Of a stretch of 64,000 nucleotides of DNA, positions 8,807 to 20,955 are shown in pieces (position 1 is the stretch's first letter; every line of letters starts with the position of its first letter). The translations under genes were made by a program, and so were the position numbers. Under the pieces are notes generated by a model. The model was not told the origin of the DNA. It worked only from the letters and a program-made list of their open reading frames with translations, and did not search any database. The DNA lies in the NCBI GenBank assembly GCA_963840655.1, contig CAWIZS010000009.1, positions 102,283 to 166,282 of the forward strand. Reading direction: 5' to 3'. The DNA comes from an uncultured Acidobacteriota bacterium. Its GTDB lineage: Bacteria; Acidobacteriota; Terriglobia; Terriglobales; Acidobacteriaceae.

Positions 8807-9898
8807 GTGCGCGAGTTCGAGATGCAAGACCGAGTGGATACGAAATCGAACGTGAATGTTCTTATTTTCATCCTGTTGAGTCTGCTCAAGGTTGCCGTGG
8901 TCACGGTGATCTTGCTGACGGCTGTGGCTTATACGGTGCTGCTGGAACGCAAGCTCGTCGGGCGCATTCAGAACCGATGGGGTCCCTCGCGTGTCGGCCC
9001 GTTCGGAATGCTGCAACCCTTGGCCGACGGCCTGAAGCTTTTCCTGAAAGAAGACCTGATGCCGACGGCGGTATTTCGCCCGCTGTTTATTCTGGCGCCG
9101 ATTATCGCGCTTTCCTGCGCGCTCATCGTCATCGGAGTGATTCCCTTCGGCGCCAACATTCACTGGCATGGCGTGGACATGTTTCAGATCGCCGACGTGA
9201 ACGTCGGCCTGCTGATCATTCTCGGCGTCACGTCAATCGGCGTGTATGGAATCGCGCTCTCCGGCTGGTCTTCCAACAATAAATATTCTCTGCTCGGTTC
9301 TCTTCGTTCGACGGCGCAGATGGTTAGCTATGAACTGGCGCTGGGCCTTTCCGTCATCGGCGTCGTTCTTCGCACCGGCTCCTTGCGTCTGCGCGATATC
9401 GTCAACATGCAAAGCACGCATGGCTTTCTGTCGTGGAATTTCTTCGGCGGCTTCCAATTTGTCGCATTCTTCATCTATCTGATCGCCGCTTTCGCCGAGA
9501 CGAACCGTACTCCGTTCGATCTGCCGGAGGCAGAAAGCGAACTGACCGCCGGCTATCACACCGAATACAGCTCGATGAAGTTCGCCATGTTTTTTATGGC
9601 CGAATACGCGAACATGATCAATGTCGGCGCGGTCGCCACGCTGCTCTTTCTGGGCGGCTGGACAAGTCCATTCGGCCATCTGATTCCGGTAGTGGGCGGT
9701 CCGGTCATTCAGGCGCTGGAACCCGTGTTCTGGTTCGTGCTGAAGGTATTCTGTTTTCTGTTTCTCTATGTATGGGTGCGCGGAACGCTGCCGCGTTTTC
9801 GTTACGACCAGTTGATGGGATTCGGCTGGAAATTTCTGTTGCCGGTCGCCATCGCCAACGTGATCGTGACCAGTCTGATGCTGGCCATCCATGGTTAA
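8807..9898 (+). CDS. nuoH: NADH-quinone oxidoreductase subunit H
   Basis: LLERKLVGRIQNRWGPSRVGPFGMLQPLADGLKLFLKED and PFDLPEAESEL motifs. The start is uncertain (GTG 8807 or ATG 8822). Confidence 0.9.
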   Translation: MREFEMQDRVDTKSNVNVLIFILLSLLKVAVVTVILLTAVAYTVLLERKLVGRIQNRWGPSRVGPFGMLQPLADGLKLFLKEDLMPTAVFRPLFILAPIIALSCALIVIGVIPFGANIHWHGVDMFQIADVNVGLLIILGVTSIGVYGIALSGWSSNNKYSLLGSLRSTAQMVSYELALGLSVIGVVLRTGSLRLRDIVNMQSTHGFLSWNFFGGFQFVAFFIYLIAAFAETNRTPFDLPEAESELTAGYHTEYSSMKFAMFFMAEYANMINVGAVATLLFLGGWTSPFGHLIPVVGGPVIQALEPVFWFVLKVFCFLFLYVWVRGTLPRFRYDQLMGFGWKFLLPVAIANVIVTSLMLAIHG

Positions 9899-9931
9899 CC
9901 GCAAATTGCAAGCCGGTGGAATCGTAATGCC

Positions 9932-10426
9932 ATGCATGTAGCGCTTTTTATCATCTTCGGACTGCTGTGCCTCGGCGGGGCGTTGAATCTGCTGCTGCAG
10001 CGGCATCCCATCAACAGCGCTCTGTCGCTGATCGTGGTTATGTCTTCGCTTGCCGTTTTGTATCTGCTGCTGGGCGCGGAATTTCTTGCGCTAGCGCAGA
10101 TCATCGTCTACTCCGGCGCCATTATGGTGTTGTTCGTTTTCGTCATCATGCTGCTGAATGCCGGAGAAGAACAGCGCACGCACGGCAGCCGCGCTGCGTA
10201 TCTGGCCGGAGTTCCCGGCGTGCTGGCGCTGTTTGCAGTGCTGGCCGCAACATTCGTCACGCTGCGCACCAGCTTCGGAGATGCGAAACTTGGCGCATTT
10301 CTCGCCACGACGGCGGACCTGGGCCGGGTTCTGTTCCGCGATCTGCTTCTTCCTTTTGAAGTGACCTCGATTCTGATTCTGGTCGCGATCCTGGGCGCGG
10401 TCGTGCTCGCAAGAAAGGAATTTTAA
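9932..10426 (+). CDS. nuoJ: NADH-quinone oxidoreductase subunit J
   Basis: 164 aa and 5 TM helices, with the ..[21 protein letters not shown].. pattern. It starts 33 nt after the nuoH stop, so there is no room for nuoI. Confidence 0.85.
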   Translation: MHVALFIIFGLLCLGGALNLLLQRHPINSALSLIVVMSSLAVLYLLLGAEFLALAQIIVYSGAIMVLFVFVIMLLNAGEEQRTHGSRAAYLAGVPGVLALFAVLAATFVTLRTSFGDAKLGAFLATTADLGRVLFRDLLLPFEVTSILILVAILGAVVLARKEF

Positions 10427-10427
10427 C

Positions 10428-10729
10428 GTGTCCGTCCCGATTGCCTGGTACCTGATCCTGAGCGCGGCGCTTTTTTCCATCGGCGTGTTCGCGTTTCTTA
10501 TCAAACGCAATATCATCTCCATCTTCATGTCCATCGAGTTGATGCTGAACGCCGTCAACCTGGCCTTCGTTGCCTTCGCGAATCACTGGCATCAGGTGAG
10601 CGGGCAGATTTTTGTATTCTTCGTGATGGTGGTTGCCGCTGCGGAAGCCGCAGTGGGTTTAGCCATCATCATCGCTGTCTTCCGCTCCAGAAACACATTG
10701 AATGTCGATCAGATTAATTTAATGAAACT

Positions 10730-10733
<4 letters not shown>
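10428..10733 (+). CDS. nuoK: NADH-quinone oxidoreductase subunit K
   Basis: 101 aa, 3 TM helices, ..[16 protein letters not shown].. and ..[12 protein letters not shown].. Confidence 0.9.
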
Positions 10734-12703
<1,970 letters not shown>

Positions 12704-12718
12704 AGAGGAAGGATTTTC

Positions 12719-14257
12719 GTGTTGAACGCAAGCATCCTGACATGGCTCACCTTCCTGCCCGTCGCCGGCGCGGTGGTGGTGCTGTTGCTGCCCCGGCACG
12801 GACGCGCCCCGCAGATTTTTACTCTGATTTTTACTTTGTGTCTGTTTGTTCTTGCGCTTCACCTTCCTGCACATTTCGACTACCACCAGCACGGATTTCA
12901 ATTCGAACTAAATGTTCCGTGGGTCTCCAATCCCGCAATTCGCTATCACGTCGGCGTGGACGGCCTTTCCCTGTGGCTGGTGGTGCTGGTGTCATTTCTC
13001 GCCCCGCTCGGAGTGCTGATCTCCTGGCGCGCGATTCAAGATCGCAAGTCCGAATTCTATGCGCTCTTTCTGCTGCAACAGACGGCAATGTACGGCGTCT
13101 TCGTCGCGCTGGATTTAATCCTTTACTACGCATTCTGGGAGCTTTCCATCGTCCCGCTGGCGCTGCTGATCGGAATGTACGGCCGCACGACGAACGGGCG
13201 CCGCGCGGCCATCAAATTTTTTCTGTACGCGTTTATTCCTTCCGCGCTGCTGCTGGTCGGAATGATCTGGTTGTATTCCCAAACCGGCACGTTCGACTTT
13301 GTTCAACTCCAGCAGCAGCTTCGTGGCTGGAGCACCGGTCCGCACGCTACCGGACTATGGCTGGCGTCGCTGGCATTTCTGGTTGCATTCGCCGTCAAGG
13401 TGCCTGTCTTCCCGCTGCACGGCTGGCTGCGCGACGGTCTCAGTGAAGCGCCCACGGCGGTCATGATGATTCTTGCCGGTAAGCTGGGCCTCTATTCTTT
13501 GCTTCGCTTCCACGTTGAATTGTTCCCGACAGAGGCAGCACATGTCGCGTTGCTTATGGTCGCGCTGGCGACCATCGGCGTTCTCTACGGCGCGCTGATG
13601 GCACTGGTGCAGACGGACCTGAAGCGCCTGGCCGCCTATGCGACGCTGAGCGCGGTCAGTTTCGTTGTCCTGGGCATTTACGCGTTCACCGTCGCCAGTA
13701 TGGATGGCGCCGCCTATCAGATTCTGAACGAAAGCATCTCCGCTAGCGCCTTCTTTATGCTGCTCGCGATTTTGTACGAGCGCTATGGCACCTACGATAT
13801 GGCGCGGCTGGGAGGCGTCGCCGCAAAGATGCCGCAACTGGCCACGCTGTTCGTCATCACCACGCTGGCGCTGATCGGCCTGCCGTCGCTTGGCAACTTT
13901 GTCGGTGAATTTCTTATCCTGAGCGGCAGCTTTCAAACTCATCCGCGCATCGCTTCCGCGGCGACAGTCGGCGTGATTCTCTCGGCAGCCTACATGCTCT
14001 GGATGATTCAGCGTGTATTCTACGGCGCGCCCGCAGCCAACGGCGCGGTCCTGACCGGCACCGACGTGAACTGGCGCGAGCGCGCGGCGGTTTGGCCGAC
14101 GATCGCGATGATGATTCTTCTTGGCGTGGCCTCCGTCTTCTGGATGAAGGCCATCGACCTTAGTGTTCCCTCAGCCGTCTTTCGCAACGCACGCGTCGTT
14201 ATGACGTTCACGTATAACAAAGCTCCAATCCCGGCAAGGACGGCCTCCACGCGATGA
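12719..14257 (+). CDS. nuoM: NADH-quinone oxidoreductase subunit M
   Basis: 512-aa antiporter-like subunit with ..[20 protein letters not shown].. and a GTG start. Confidence 0.9.
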   Translation: MLNASILTWLTFLPVAGAVVVLLLPRHGRAPQIFTLIFTLCLFVLALHLPAHFDYHQHGFQFELNVPWVSNPAIRYHVGVDGLSLWLVVLVSFLAPLGVLISWRAIQDRKSEFYALFLLQQTAMYGVFVALDLILYYAFWELSIVPLALLIGMYGRTTNGRRAAIKFFLYAFIPSALLLVGMIWLYSQTGTFDFVQLQQQLRGWSTGPHATGLWLASLAFLVAFAVKVPVFPLHGWLRDGLSEAPTAVMMILAGKLGLYSLLRFHVELFPTEAAHVALLMVALATIGVLYGALMALVQTDLKRLAAYATLSAVSFVVLGIYAFTVASMDGAAYQILNESISASAFFMLLAILYERYGTYDMARLGGVAAKMPQLATLFVITTLALIGLPSLGNFVGEFLILSGSFQTHPRIASAATVGVILSAAYMLWMIQRVFYGAPAANGAVLTGTDVNWRERAAVWPTIAMMILLGVASVFWMKAIDLSVPSAVFRNARVVMTFTYNKAPIPARTASTR

Positions 14258-15762
14258 CAGAAGTTTCCCCAGCCCTGCGCATTCTGCCGGAGATCGTGCT
14301 CACCGTGACCGGCGTTCTGGTCATGTTGATTGAGCCGGTGCTCGGCGAAAAACGCTCTCGCAAGCCCCTGGGCCTGCTGGCAATTTTCGGCACGCTCGTC
14401 GCCATTGCAGGCAGCGTTTACCAGCTCTACATTCCAGCCGGAACTGCATTCTTCGGCACCGTGCAGTCGGATGCGTTCAGCGTCTTCTTTCATCTCGTCA
14501 TTGGCGGCATCGTTCTGGTCACGCTGCTGACTTCGCTCGATTATTTCGCGGGACACTCCAGCTACGTCGGAGAATATTACGCGCTGGTTCTCTTCGGCGC
14601 GGTCGGCATGATGCTGATGACCTGTTCCGTCGAGCTGCTGATGGTCTTCATCAGCCTGGAGATCTCGTCCATCTCGACGTACATTCTGGCGGGCTATCGC
14701 AAGCGCAGCGCGACCAGCCCGGAAGCGTCGATCAAATACTTCCTGCTCGGCTCTTTCGCGACGGCATTTTTTCTTTACGGCATCGCGTTGTGTTTTGGCG
14801 CAACCGGCTCGACCAATATTTACGACATCACGAAAGGGGTTGCCGGCGGCGCTTCTCCGCTGCTGCTGACGGTCGCCTTCGGCATGATGCTGATCGGACT
14901 CGGCTTCAAAGTTTCCCTGGCGCCGTTCCATGTCTGGACGCCGGATGTCTATCAGGGCGCGCCCGCTCCAGTCGTTGGATTCATGTCCACCGCACCGAAG
15001 GCCGCCGCGTTTGCCGTGCTGCTCCGCATCAGCTATGGGGCCTACGGCAGCGCAACCCACATCTGGATGCCGTTGGTCTGGATCATTGCTGTGCTCTCGA
15101 TGTGCATCGGCAACATCGGCGCACTGACGCAACGCAACGTGAAGCGGATGCTCGCCTACTCGTCGATCGCGCACGCCGGATATCTGCTGGTTGCATTTAC
15201 CGCGCTTGCGCCCATGGGGATTGCGGCCGCCAGCTTCTATACCGCCGCCTACGCCGCAATGAATGTCGGTGCATTTGCGGTGATCGGCTATCTTTCCGGA
15301 TTTGAAGAAGCCCGCACCAATCTGAACGACTACGCCGGCATCGCGCGCAGGCATCCGGTCGCGGTCGCGGCTTTTGCGGTTTTTCTTATCTCGCTGATCG
15401 GAATTCCCTTCACCGCGGGCTTCTTCGGCAAGTTCTACGTCTTCACTGCCGCGCTCAATTCTCACAATGCGTGGCTTGCCGTTGTCGGATTGCTGAACAG
15501 CGGCGTGGCCGCCTTCTATTACCTGCGCGTACTGGCGCAGATGTACATGGCTCCCGAAGAACCCACGCTGGAACTCCAGGGCGTTCGTGCAGGCCCGGCT
15601 TTTGTTTTGGGAATGGCGATTCTTGTGGCTGCCGTGTTCGTGCTCGGCATCATCCCAGGCGCCACGCTGCGGCTCGCGCAGGCCGGTGGACGAACATTCG
15701 CCACGCCACAAAGGAATCCAGTGCCAAGCGCTCGGCTGACTACAGCTTCCGGTGCGAAATAA
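14254..15762 (+). CDS. nuoN: NADH-quinone oxidoreductase subunit N
   Basis: 502-aa antiporter-like subunit with ..[16 protein letters not shown].. It overlaps the nuoM stop as ATGA. Confidence 0.9.
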   Translation: MTEVSPALRILPEIVLTVTGVLVMLIEPVLGEKRSRKPLGLLAIFGTLVAIAGSVYQLYIPAGTAFFGTVQSDAFSVFFHLVIGGIVLVTLLTSLDYFAGHSSYVGEYYALVLFGAVGMMLMTCSVELLMVFISLEISSISTYILAGYRKRSATSPEASIKYFLLGSFATAFFLYGIALCFGATGSTNIYDITKGVAGGASPLLLTVAFGMMLIGLGFKVSLAPFHVWTPDVYQGAPAPVVGFMSTAPKAAAFAVLLRISYGAYGSATHIWMPLVWIIAVLSMCIGNIGALTQRNVKRMLAYSSIAHAGYLLVAFTALAPMGIAAASFYTAAYAAMNVGAFAVIGYLSGFEEARTNLNDYAGIARRHPVAVAAFAVFLISLIGIPFTAGFFGKFYVFTAALNSHNAWLAVVGLLNSGVAAFYYLRVLAQMYMAPEEPTLELQGVRAGPAFVLGMAILVAAVFVLGIIPGATLRLAQAGGRTFATPQRNPVPSARLTTASGAK

Positions 15763-15780
15763 AATATCATCTTGAACGTA

Positions 15781-15813
15781 CTTCTCGCTCCAAACGAGAA
15801 CGGAGTCGAGAAG
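15781..15813 (+). terminator. hairpin 19 nt downstream of the nuoN stop (no U-tract)
   Basis: cttctcgctcc / ggag(t)cgagaag forms an 11-bp stem with one bulge. It is not followed by a T-run, so its terminator function is uncertain. Confidence 0.3.
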
Positions 15814-15893
15814 CTGTCTGACTCTGTTGACATCCTCATTTTGCGAGCGCCCGAACCGAACGAGAGAAAATTGAATTTGGCGTTCGAATGGAG

Positions 15894-15952
15894 AAAAAGC
15901 AGGTTCCTCGGCTGCGCTGCGCTCCGGTCGGAATGACAAACCTATTTGTCAG
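15894..15952 (+). repeat. dispersed intergenic repeat, copy B
   Basis: aaaaagcaggttcctcggctgcgctgcgctccggtcggaatgacaaacctatttgtcag aligns with copies A, C, D and E. Confidence 0.6.
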
Positions 15953-16007
15953 ACTGCTTCGAGAGAACTGCGATTGCCTTCAGGCGTAAGAACCGCCATA
16001 ACAAGAG

Positions 16008-16043
16008 CCAAACGGCCTCCATTGCGGAGGCCGTTTGGGTTTC
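16008..16043. terminator. bidirectional hairpin terminator between convergent nuoN and atpE
   Basis: A perfect 13-bp stem ccaaacggcctcc / ggaggccgtttgg with a 5-nt loop, followed by gtttc on the plus strand and by ctcttgtt on the minus strand. Confidence 0.6.
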
Positions 16044-16060
16044 TGCGATGTAGCAATTTC

Positions 16061-16372
16061 CTAATGCACTTTGATGATGATCATCGCAAAAGTGAACAGC
16101 GCCAGCGACTCAATGAACGCCAGGCCCAGAACGAGGAACAGGAATATCGCGGGACGGGCTCCTGGATTCCGCGCGACCGCTTCGCAGGACGAGGCGACGG
16201 CGCGGCCCTGACCCAGACCGCAGAGGCCGGAAGCGATGGCCATTCCGATACCGGCGGCGATGGCCGCCATATTGCCACCGCCGGACGAAGTGCCGCCGGC
16301 TTGCGCGAACGCCGGCACCGCCATGCAGAGGACGGAGAGCGTCATGAAAATCTTTTGCATTGTGCTACGCAT
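16061..16372 (-). CDS. atpE: F0F1 ATP synthase subunit c with an N-terminal signal-peptide-like extension
   Basis: ..GLGQGRAVASSCEAVARNPGARPAIFLFLVLGLAFIESLALFTF.. is a c-subunit hairpin with the carboxylate Glu in helix 2. GGAG lies 7 nt upstream of the ATG. At 103 aa it is longer than usual because of MRSTMQKIFMTLSVLCMAVPAFAQAGGTSSGGGN. Confidence 0.85.
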   Translation of the reverse strand: MRSTMQKIFMTLSVLCMAVPAFAQAGGTSSGGGNMAAIAAGIGMAIASGLCGLGQGRAVASSCEAVARNPGARPAIFLFLVLGLAFIESLALFTFAMIIIKVH

Positions 16373-16549
16373 TTTGTTACTCCAGCTTCCTTAGAATTCC
16401 CCGTCAGTGGGTGGTTGACGCTCACCGTACTGGCGCCCTCACGCTGCCGGGGTGGTACTGCCGGAGCGGAAGCGGACCCCGGCAAAGCTTTTCAAAAAAT
16501 TCTAGGAGCTGTCTCATAAATCGAGCATGTGATCCTGAGCGTGGAGCGA

Positions 16550-16618
16550 AGGATCTCGCGTATTGCCCGCCTACGGCAGGTCCCTCCGCTCCGGTCGGGA
16601 TGACAAATCAATTTACAA
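16550..16618 (+). repeat. dispersed intergenic repeat, copy C (between atpB and atpE)
   Basis: ..gcaggtccctccgctccggtcgggatgacaaatcaatttacaag shares the core and tail with A, B, D and E. Its 5' boundary is uncertain. Confidence 0.5.
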
Positions 16619-16645
16619 GACTAACTCTAATCAAACTGCTGCGTT

Positions 16646-17377
16646 TCAATGTTCATGCGCAATCGCCTGACCGATATAGATCGCGGCCAGCATCATGAAC
16701 ACGTAGGCCTGAATCAGCGAAACGAAAAGGTGAAATCCGATGAAAATCACTGGCAGCAGCAGCGGAACGATCGAAAACGAGATGAGTATCAGCAGATCGC
16801 TGGCGAACATGTTGGCGAACAGACGAATGGTGAGCGAAAGGATGCGCGCCAGATGGGAGATGATCTCGATCAGCAGCATCAGCGGCATCATCCACCACAG
16901 CGGACCGAGAAATTGCTTGACGTAAGCCGCCTTGTTCGATCGAATACCCTGCACGTGATAGTAGACGAAGGTGACCAGCGCAAGCCCCAGCGGAACCACG
17001 GGACTGGAAGTCGGCGTCTCCACGTCCGGTATTAGGCCCAGCAGATTATTGACCAGCACAAACAGCCCGAGCGCCGTCAAGAACGCCAGATAGACGCGAT
17101 ACCGGTGCCCGATGATCGGCTCCGTCTGGTTGGTGACAAGCTCCTCCATCATCTCCGCCAACTGCTGCGCCGTTCCCGGCTTCTCGACGTTCAGACTGAC
17201 GCGAACGATGATGAAAAAGATCAGCAGAATGAGAAACGCGACGATCTCCATGGTGAAGACGCCGTTGATCGGATGCACCGGATTCAGCGGCGGATGACCG
17301 ACCAGGTCCAGCAGGTAGGTGGCAGGCCTGGCAAACACCAGGTTCAGCCAATGGGCAAGGAGATGTTGTAGCGGCAT
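16646..17377 (-). CDS. atpB: F0F1 ATP synthase subunit a
   Basis: MPLQHLLAHWLN... with ..ISHLARILSLTIRLFANMFA.. (the essential Arg region) and ..LIQAYVFMMLAAIYIG.. The ATG at 17377 was chosen inside the longer ORF. Confidence 0.9.
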   Translation of the reverse strand: MPLQHLLAHWLNLVFARPATYLLDLVGHPPLNPVHPINGVFTMEIVAFLILLIFFIIVRVSLNVEKPGTAQQLAEMMEELVTNQTEPIIGHRYRVYLAFLTALGLFVLVNNLLGLIPDVETPTSSPVVPLGLALVTFVYYHVQGIRSNKAAYVKQFLGPLWWMMPLMLLIEIISHLARILSLTIRLFANMFASDLLILISFSIVPLLLPVIFIGFHLFVSLIQAYVFMMLAAIYIGQAIAHEH

Positions 17378-17460
17378 TGCGCGTGCTTTCTTTTTGAATC
17401 TTTCAATTTTGTTCGATTGCGGCAAAGGCTCGGTTGCTTTCGCGCGCCGGCAGAGTTGGC

Positions 17461-17874
17461 TTAGACCCTCGCCATCAGGCGGATACACTCCACCGTCAGC
17501 GCAACTAATGAGACGGCCAGACCCGCCAGCAACGCGTAAATCGAACCATGCAAACTGCTCAAGCTAGCATACAAGAGCAATCCAGCAAGTGCCAAACGCA
17601 GGAAGAACATACTTAGCACGCGACCCATCGGCCTCGGGACTTGTCCCTCCTCCATGCGCGACATCATTGCGGAGAGCAGCTGCAGCCACTCGAAAATTCC
17701 CGTCGCGGAAATTACCGCGCCCACCAGAAACAGCAGACACGTTTGCCAGCCCAGCCAAATCCACAGGATGGGCGTGGCGACCAGCGTAATCGCGGCGGCA
17801 AGCCGCAGCGCGCGATGCAGCGTGCGGCGAACTTCATCTTCTGTGAAATGAACCAAAGGGACAGGCATCGGCAA
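17461..17874 (-). CDS. atpI: ATP synthase protein I-like membrane protein
   Basis: 137 aa and 4 TM helices, positioned immediately upstream of atpB as in atpI-atpB-atpE operons. Confidence 0.6.
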   Translation of the reverse strand: MPMPVPLVHFTEDEVRRTLHRALRLAAAITLVATPILWIWLGWQTCLLFLVGAVISATGIFEWLQLLSAMMSRMEEGQVPRPMGRVLSMFFLRLALAGLLLYASLSSLHGSIYALLAGLAVSLVALTVECIRLMARV

Positions 17875-17887
17875 CTATTGGAGCATA

Positions 17888-18154
17888 TCAGTTGCCATCG
17901 CTGCCGCGATTCGCCTTGTTGGCCACGCGAATCACCTGGACGAAGCCGGCAATCACGCCCAGCAACAGTCCGACGATGGCGATCCACGACTGGTGCAGCT
18001 TGTGGTCGAGAAAGTCTCCGAAAGCCCACCCGATGATGACCGAAAGCGGCAGAGTCAGCGCAATCTGCACCAGAGACTCCGCGCGCACCCAGCTTTGCAG
18101 AATCATCTTACGGCCGTTCTCCGGCTTTGTTTCCGATTGCTTGGGCGGGTTCAT
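17888..18154 (-). CDS. atpZ: AtpZ/AtpI-family small membrane protein (putative F0F1-ATPase-associated)
   Basis: About 88 aa from MNPPKQSE. It has 2 TM helices with ..IIGWAFGDFLDHKL..IAIVGLLLGVIAGF.., the pattern typical of AtpZ, and it is the first gene of the atp string. Confidence 0.55.
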   Translation of the reverse strand: MNPPKQSETKPENGRKMILQSWVRAESLVQIALTLPLSVIIGWAFGDFLDHKLHQSWIAIVGLLLGVIAGFVQVIRVANKANRGSDGN

Positions 18155-18303
18155 GTGCGTTGCTTCACGATGCCCCATTTGGGCGACTGCTTGCAAGCGT
18201 ACCAGCACTGGCGGCCCGGACCAAGGGACATTTTGTCATTGCGCATGGCCGCGCGCCGGGGTACGCTGCGGATGCGACTTCGTATCCGGAGGGCGACTAC
18301 GCC

Positions 18304-19020
18304 ATGCTTACTGCCATCGCATGGGCTTCTCTGATCATCGCGGGCGGGAGCGCCTTGCTGATTGCGATCGACGAGATGCGCCATCCACAAAAAATGTGGA
18401 CCATGAATCTTGTGTGGCCGATTACCGCGCTTTACTTCAGCGTGGTTGCGGTTTGGGGCTATTTCACGATCGGCCGGCGCATGGCGCGCGGCGAAGGCGG
18501 ATCGATGAAGGAATCTCACGTGGCTTCCTCATCCGCGCCGATGGAGATGCCGCACGATCACAGAGAAAAACCCAAATGGACCGCCGTTGCGGTCTCCTCC
18601 AGCCATTGCGGTGCGGGATGCGTGCTGGCCGACATTTTGTGCGAGTATCTCGTCTTCGCTCTGGGGCTGGCGCTCTTTGGACAATCCATTTATGCCAGCT
18701 ACGTTATCGACCTGATCGTCGCCTGGCTGTTCGGCATCGTGTTTCAATACTTCATGATTCAGCCCATGAAGCAGCTTCCACCCGTCGCGGCTCTGAAGGC
18801 CGCGATCCAAGCCGACACACTTTCCATCCTCTCGTTTCAGGTCGGCATGTATGCGTGGATGGCGGTCGTATATTTTGTGCTGTGGCCGCATCCGCATCTG
18901 AAACCGAATCAGCCGGCTTTCTGGTTCATGATGCAGATCGCCATGATCTTCGGATTTTTCACCACCTATCCCATGAATCGCTGGCTGGTCCAATCCGGCA
19001 TTAAGGAAAGCATGGGATAG
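18304..19020 (+). CDS. DUF4396-like integral membrane protein
   Basis: MLTAIAWASLIIAGG..., polytopic, with a conserved-looking SSSHCGAGCVLADI motif and C-terminal YPMNRWLVQSGIKESM. The ATG at 18304 was chosen inside ORF 18127-19020. Confidence 0.55.
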   Translation: MLTAIAWASLIIAGGSALLIAIDEMRHPQKMWTMNLVWPITALYFSVVAVWGYFTIGRRMARGEGGSMKESHVASSSAPMEMPHDHREKPKWTAVAVSSSHCGAGCVLADILCEYLVFALGLALFGQSIYASYVIDLIVAWLFGIVFQYFMIQPMKQLPPVAALKAAIQADTLSILSFQVGMYAWMAVVYFVLWPHPHLKPNQPAFWFMMQIAMIFGFFTTYPMNRWLVQSGIKESMG

Positions 19021-19116
19021 CGGCACGGCTTTAACCCGCTCCACGCACGAGGGCCGCGCGTCTGCCAACGCTATACTGGCATTGCATCCAGCTATTTTTT
19101 GCTAAGGAAGAACCGC

Positions 19117-20844
19117 GTGTACGAATCGGAATTTGAACGAAGCGTCTTCGAGCTTCGCCGGGAAAAGCTGGCGCAGATCGAAGCCTTGGGTCAGCGGGCT
19201 TATCCAAATCATTTCGCCGCCGACGGACTTTTGACCGTCGCGGAGATTCACGCCGCCTACGATGCCTCCACCGGCGAAATGCTGGAGCAGAATCGCGTGC
19301 AGGTTGCCGTGGCCGGGCGAATCATGGCGATTCGCGCCCAGGGCAAGGCCGGATTCGCCGTCCTGCAGCAGAATGGCGAACGCCTGCAGATTTATGTTCG
19401 TAAGGACGCGGTCGGGGAGCAGGGTTTCGAGCTTTACAAATTGCTCGATATGGGCGACCACGTCGGCGTCTCCGGCTATCTGTTCCGCACGCGCACCGGC
19501 GAGCTGACGGTCCACGTCGATACCTTGACCTTCCTGGCAAAAGCCATGCTGCCGCTGCCGGAAAAATACCACGGCCTCGCCGATGTGGAACTGCGCTATC
19601 GCCAGCGCTACGTCGATTTATTTATGAATGCCGACGTGCGCGAGGTCTTCGTCAAGCGCGCCGCGGTGCTGCGGGCGCTGCGCAAGTTCTTCGATGCGCG
19701 CGACTACATCGAAGTGGAAACGCCGATGATGCAGCCGATCGCCGGCGGCGCGATGGCGAAGCCGTTCACCACGCATCACAACGCGCTGGATATTGACCTC
19801 TATCTGCGCATCGCGCCGGAGTTGTATTTGAAGCGGCTGGTTGTTGGCGGGCTGGATCGCGTGTATGAGATCAACCGCAATTTTCGCAATGAAGGCATCT
19901 CGACCCAGCACAATCCTGAGTTCACCATGCTGGAGTTCTATCAGGCGTATGCGAATTACCACGACCTGATGGATTTGACGGAAGAGCTGATCGTATATGT
20001 CGCGAAGCAGGTCAATGGCAAATATGAAGGTGACAAATGGGTGGACGGACCGACCACAATCACCTTCAACGAAGTCGAGATTGATTTGTCGAAGTGGCAG
20101 CAGTTCACGATGCGCGAAGCGATTATTAAATGGTGGCCCGAGGAACAATTTGGGCCGCATCCCGAGATGGAAGATTTTGCTAATACCGATTCAGTCGTAT
20201 CCATGTTAGAAAAAGCCAGAGTTGCATATAATCAGTGGTCATTTTATAGCGGCAATCTTTTGGAAGAAGTCCGGGCCCGGAGTACTGTTGGCGACGTTAA
20301 CGTTATCACCGTAAGGCGCAGCAGTAGCAGTCGCATCAACGCGATTTTTTCCATCACACTCATGGAGTTGAAAAAGGGCCGGCCCGCGGGTTGGGCGATT
20401 GCGTCCATCTTTGAAGCCGTCGCTGAAGAGCATCTCATTCAGCCCACCATCATCTATGATTTCCCGCGCGCTGTTTCTCCGCTCTCCAAGCAGAAGCCGG
20501 ACGAGCCGGACTGGGTCGAGCGCTTCGAGTTCTACATCGGCGGCTTTGAACTTGGCAACGCCTTCAGCGAGTTAAACGACCCGACCGAACAGCGCAAGCG
20601 ATTCGAGCAGCAGCTTGCGGAGCGCGAACGCGGCGACGCTGAAGCCCACGCGATGGACGAAGACTACGTGCGCGCCCTCAGCTTCGGCCTGCCGCCCACC
20701 GCCGGAGAAGGCATCGGCATTGATCGCCTGACGATGATCCTGACCGGCTCGCGTTCCATCCGCGATGTCATCCTCTTCCCGCTGATGCGCCCGCAATCAA
20801 AAGACGCGGCCACACAAACAGAGCCCACGAGCGGCGTAGAATGA
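19117..20844 (+). CDS. lysS: lysine--tRNA ligase (class II)
   Basis: An OB-fold N-domain followed by [23 protein letters not shown], ..[22 protein letters not shown].. and [15 protein letters not shown]. The GTG at 19117 is preceded by AAGGAAG. Confidence 0.9.
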   Translation: MYESEFERSVFELRREKLAQIEALGQRAYPNHFAADGLLTVAEIHAAYDASTGEMLEQNRVQVAVAGRIMAIRAQGKAGFAVLQQNGERLQIYVRKDAVGEQGFELYKLLDMGDHVGVSGYLFRTRTGELTVHVDTLTFLAKAMLPLPEKYHGLADVELRYRQRYVDLFMNADVREVFVKRAAVLRALRKFFDARDYIEVETPMMQPIAGGAMAKPFTTHHNALDIDLYLRIAPELYLKRLVVGGLDRVYEINRNFRNEGISTQHNPEFTMLEFYQAYANYHDLMDLTEELIVYVAKQVNGKYEGDKWVDGPTTITFNEVEIDLSKWQQFTMREAIIKWWPEEQFGPHPEMEDFANTDSVVSMLEKARVAYNQWSFYSGNLLEEVRARSTVGDVNVITVRRSSSSRINAIFSITLMELKKGRPAGWAIASIFEAVAEEHLIQPTIIYDFPRAVSPLSKQKPDEPDWVERFEFYIGGFELGNAFSELNDPTEQRKRFEQQLAERERGDAEAHAMDEDYVRALSFGLPPTAGEGIGIDRLTMILTGSRSIRDVILFPLMRPQSKDAATQTEPTSGVE

Positions 20845-20955
20845 AGGGTCGCGGTAACTGGGCGAGCCATTGTGAGCGGAATCCTCGCCATCGATGCCCA
20901 CCGACCCAGTCGCTTCGACCCACAACATTCTGCAAATCGCAAAGCAGGTACCCGC

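Noticed and set aside
14020-15939. 639-aa minus-strand ORF, the largest antisense ORF in the window
   Set aside because: It lies exactly antisense to nuoM/nuoN, which have clear family signatures. Its translation is Arg/Gly/Ala/Asp-rich low-complexity sequence, typical of shadow ORFs in high-GC DNA.
16061-18154. N-ATPase or Na+-translocating ATP synthase
   Set aside because: The gene order is atpZ-atpI-a-c rather than the N-ATPase order, which begins with beta-epsilon. The c subunit has Gln and Glu-Ser, but it lacks the additional Thr/Tyr ligands of known Na+ sites (ESLALF rather than the ESTGIY type). The evidence is insufficient.
17892-19004. 370-aa plus-strand ORF spanning the atpZ antisense region and the DUF4396-like gene in another frame
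   Set aside because: It is out of frame with the hydrophobic, motif-bearing DUF4396-like reading frame (18304-19020) and antisense to atpZ. Its composition is Arg/Cys-rich.
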